A stretch of DNA of 64,000 nt, taken from an uncultured Candidatus Saccharibacteria bacterium. Lineage in GTDB: Bacteria; Patescibacteriota; Saccharimonadia; Saccharimonadales; JALRHH01. The notes below the pieces were generated by a model that worked only from the letters and a program-made list of their open reading frames with translations, was not told the DNA's origin and made no database searches. Position numbers and translations under genes: made by a program. The number at the start of each line of letters is the position of its first letter. Position 1 is the stretch's first letter. Where the stretch lies: the NCBI GenBank assembly GCA_964639295.1, contig CAZXDT010000004.1:11096-75095 (forward strand). Reading direction: 5' to 3'. Below, piece after piece: positions 63,777 through 64,000 of the stretch.

Positions 63777-64000
63777 TTAACTCTGTGTTGCCCAGTCTTC
63801 ACCGAACAGGCTAGCCTGTTCAAGTACTAGGTCAGTTGCCAGTTTTGTCTCGTCTGGGGGATACCCATATTCACGTAATAAGCGCTTAACCTCGACGCGT
63901 AGTCTCGCTTGGGCATCCAACCTCAGAGTCCAATCTACGGTTACATTCGCTCTCACTCTCTTAACTAATAAAGCTGCGAGTTTACGTAACTGATCATCAC
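63777..64000 (-). CDS. hsdR: Type I restriction enzyme R subunit, C-terminal end (5' part outside the window)
   Basis: Hand translation is ...DDQLRKLAALLVKRVRANVTVDWTLRLDAQARLRVEVKRLLREYGYPPDETKLATDLVLEQASLFGEDWATQS*. This matches the DUF3387-type HsdR tail (..DWT.R......R..VKRLL.KYGYPPD...A...VLEQA). Confidence 0.75.
   Translation of the reverse strand, partial: DDQLRKLAALLVKRVRANVTVDWTLRLDAQARLRVEVKRLLREYGYPPDETKLATDLVLEQASLFGEDWATQS

Noticed and set aside
1-64000. Looked for CRISPR arrays, rRNA genes, transposases/integrases, reverse transcriptases (DGR/retron) and prophage genes.
   Set aside because: No regularly spaced direct repeats, no rRNA-like conserved blocks and no ORFs with DDE, tyrosine-recombinase or RT motifs were seen. 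The only tRNA-adjacent oddity is the unclassified region at 56031..56240.

Overview
This is a gene-dense window with mid-40s % G+C, and most genes lie on the minus strand. Gene content suggests a reduced-genome bacterium, possibly Patescibacteria/CPR and Saccharibacteria-like: split transketolase, GatCAB, an orphan PilB-type ATPase and many small membrane proteins. That placement is inference only. Most of the window is housekeeping. It encodes dnaE, uvrB, gatCAB, pheST, typA, metK, galU, ppa and trxB, plus a co-directional block gap-rpiB-rpe-tktN-tktC-fba. There is also a metal-homeostasis stretch (ZIP, Fur, TerC/DUF475, CNNM, CorA), an RND pump, a DrrAB-like ABC exporter, one tRNA-Gln(CUG), and the 3' end of a type I restriction hsdR at the right edge. 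I found no rRNA, CRISPR array, transposase or integrase. Eight items deserve follow-up. (1) A pfkB / 418-aa orphan / LOG(TIGR00725) operon sits directly downstream of the pentose-phosphate genes. (2) A roughly 200-nt GC-rich region next to tRNA-Gln carries tRNA-like T-loop motifs but fits no RNA class I recognise. (3) A small gene with strongly G/C-ending codons lies behind a 17-bp perfect inverted repeat and looks horizontally acquired. (4) A Crp/Fnr regulator is flanked by three GTGA-N6-TCAC boxes, one of them in front of two coupled tiny ORFs. (5) A SAM-I riboswitch with terminator precedes an unknown 84-aa ORF fused to metK. (6) A long hairpin-rich leader precedes the TerC/DUF475 gene. (7) A 166-nt palindromic element exactly fills one intergenic gap. 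(8) Extra genes are translationally coupled into the pheST and gatCAB operons. All functional calls rest on motif recognition by eye; no database search was run.
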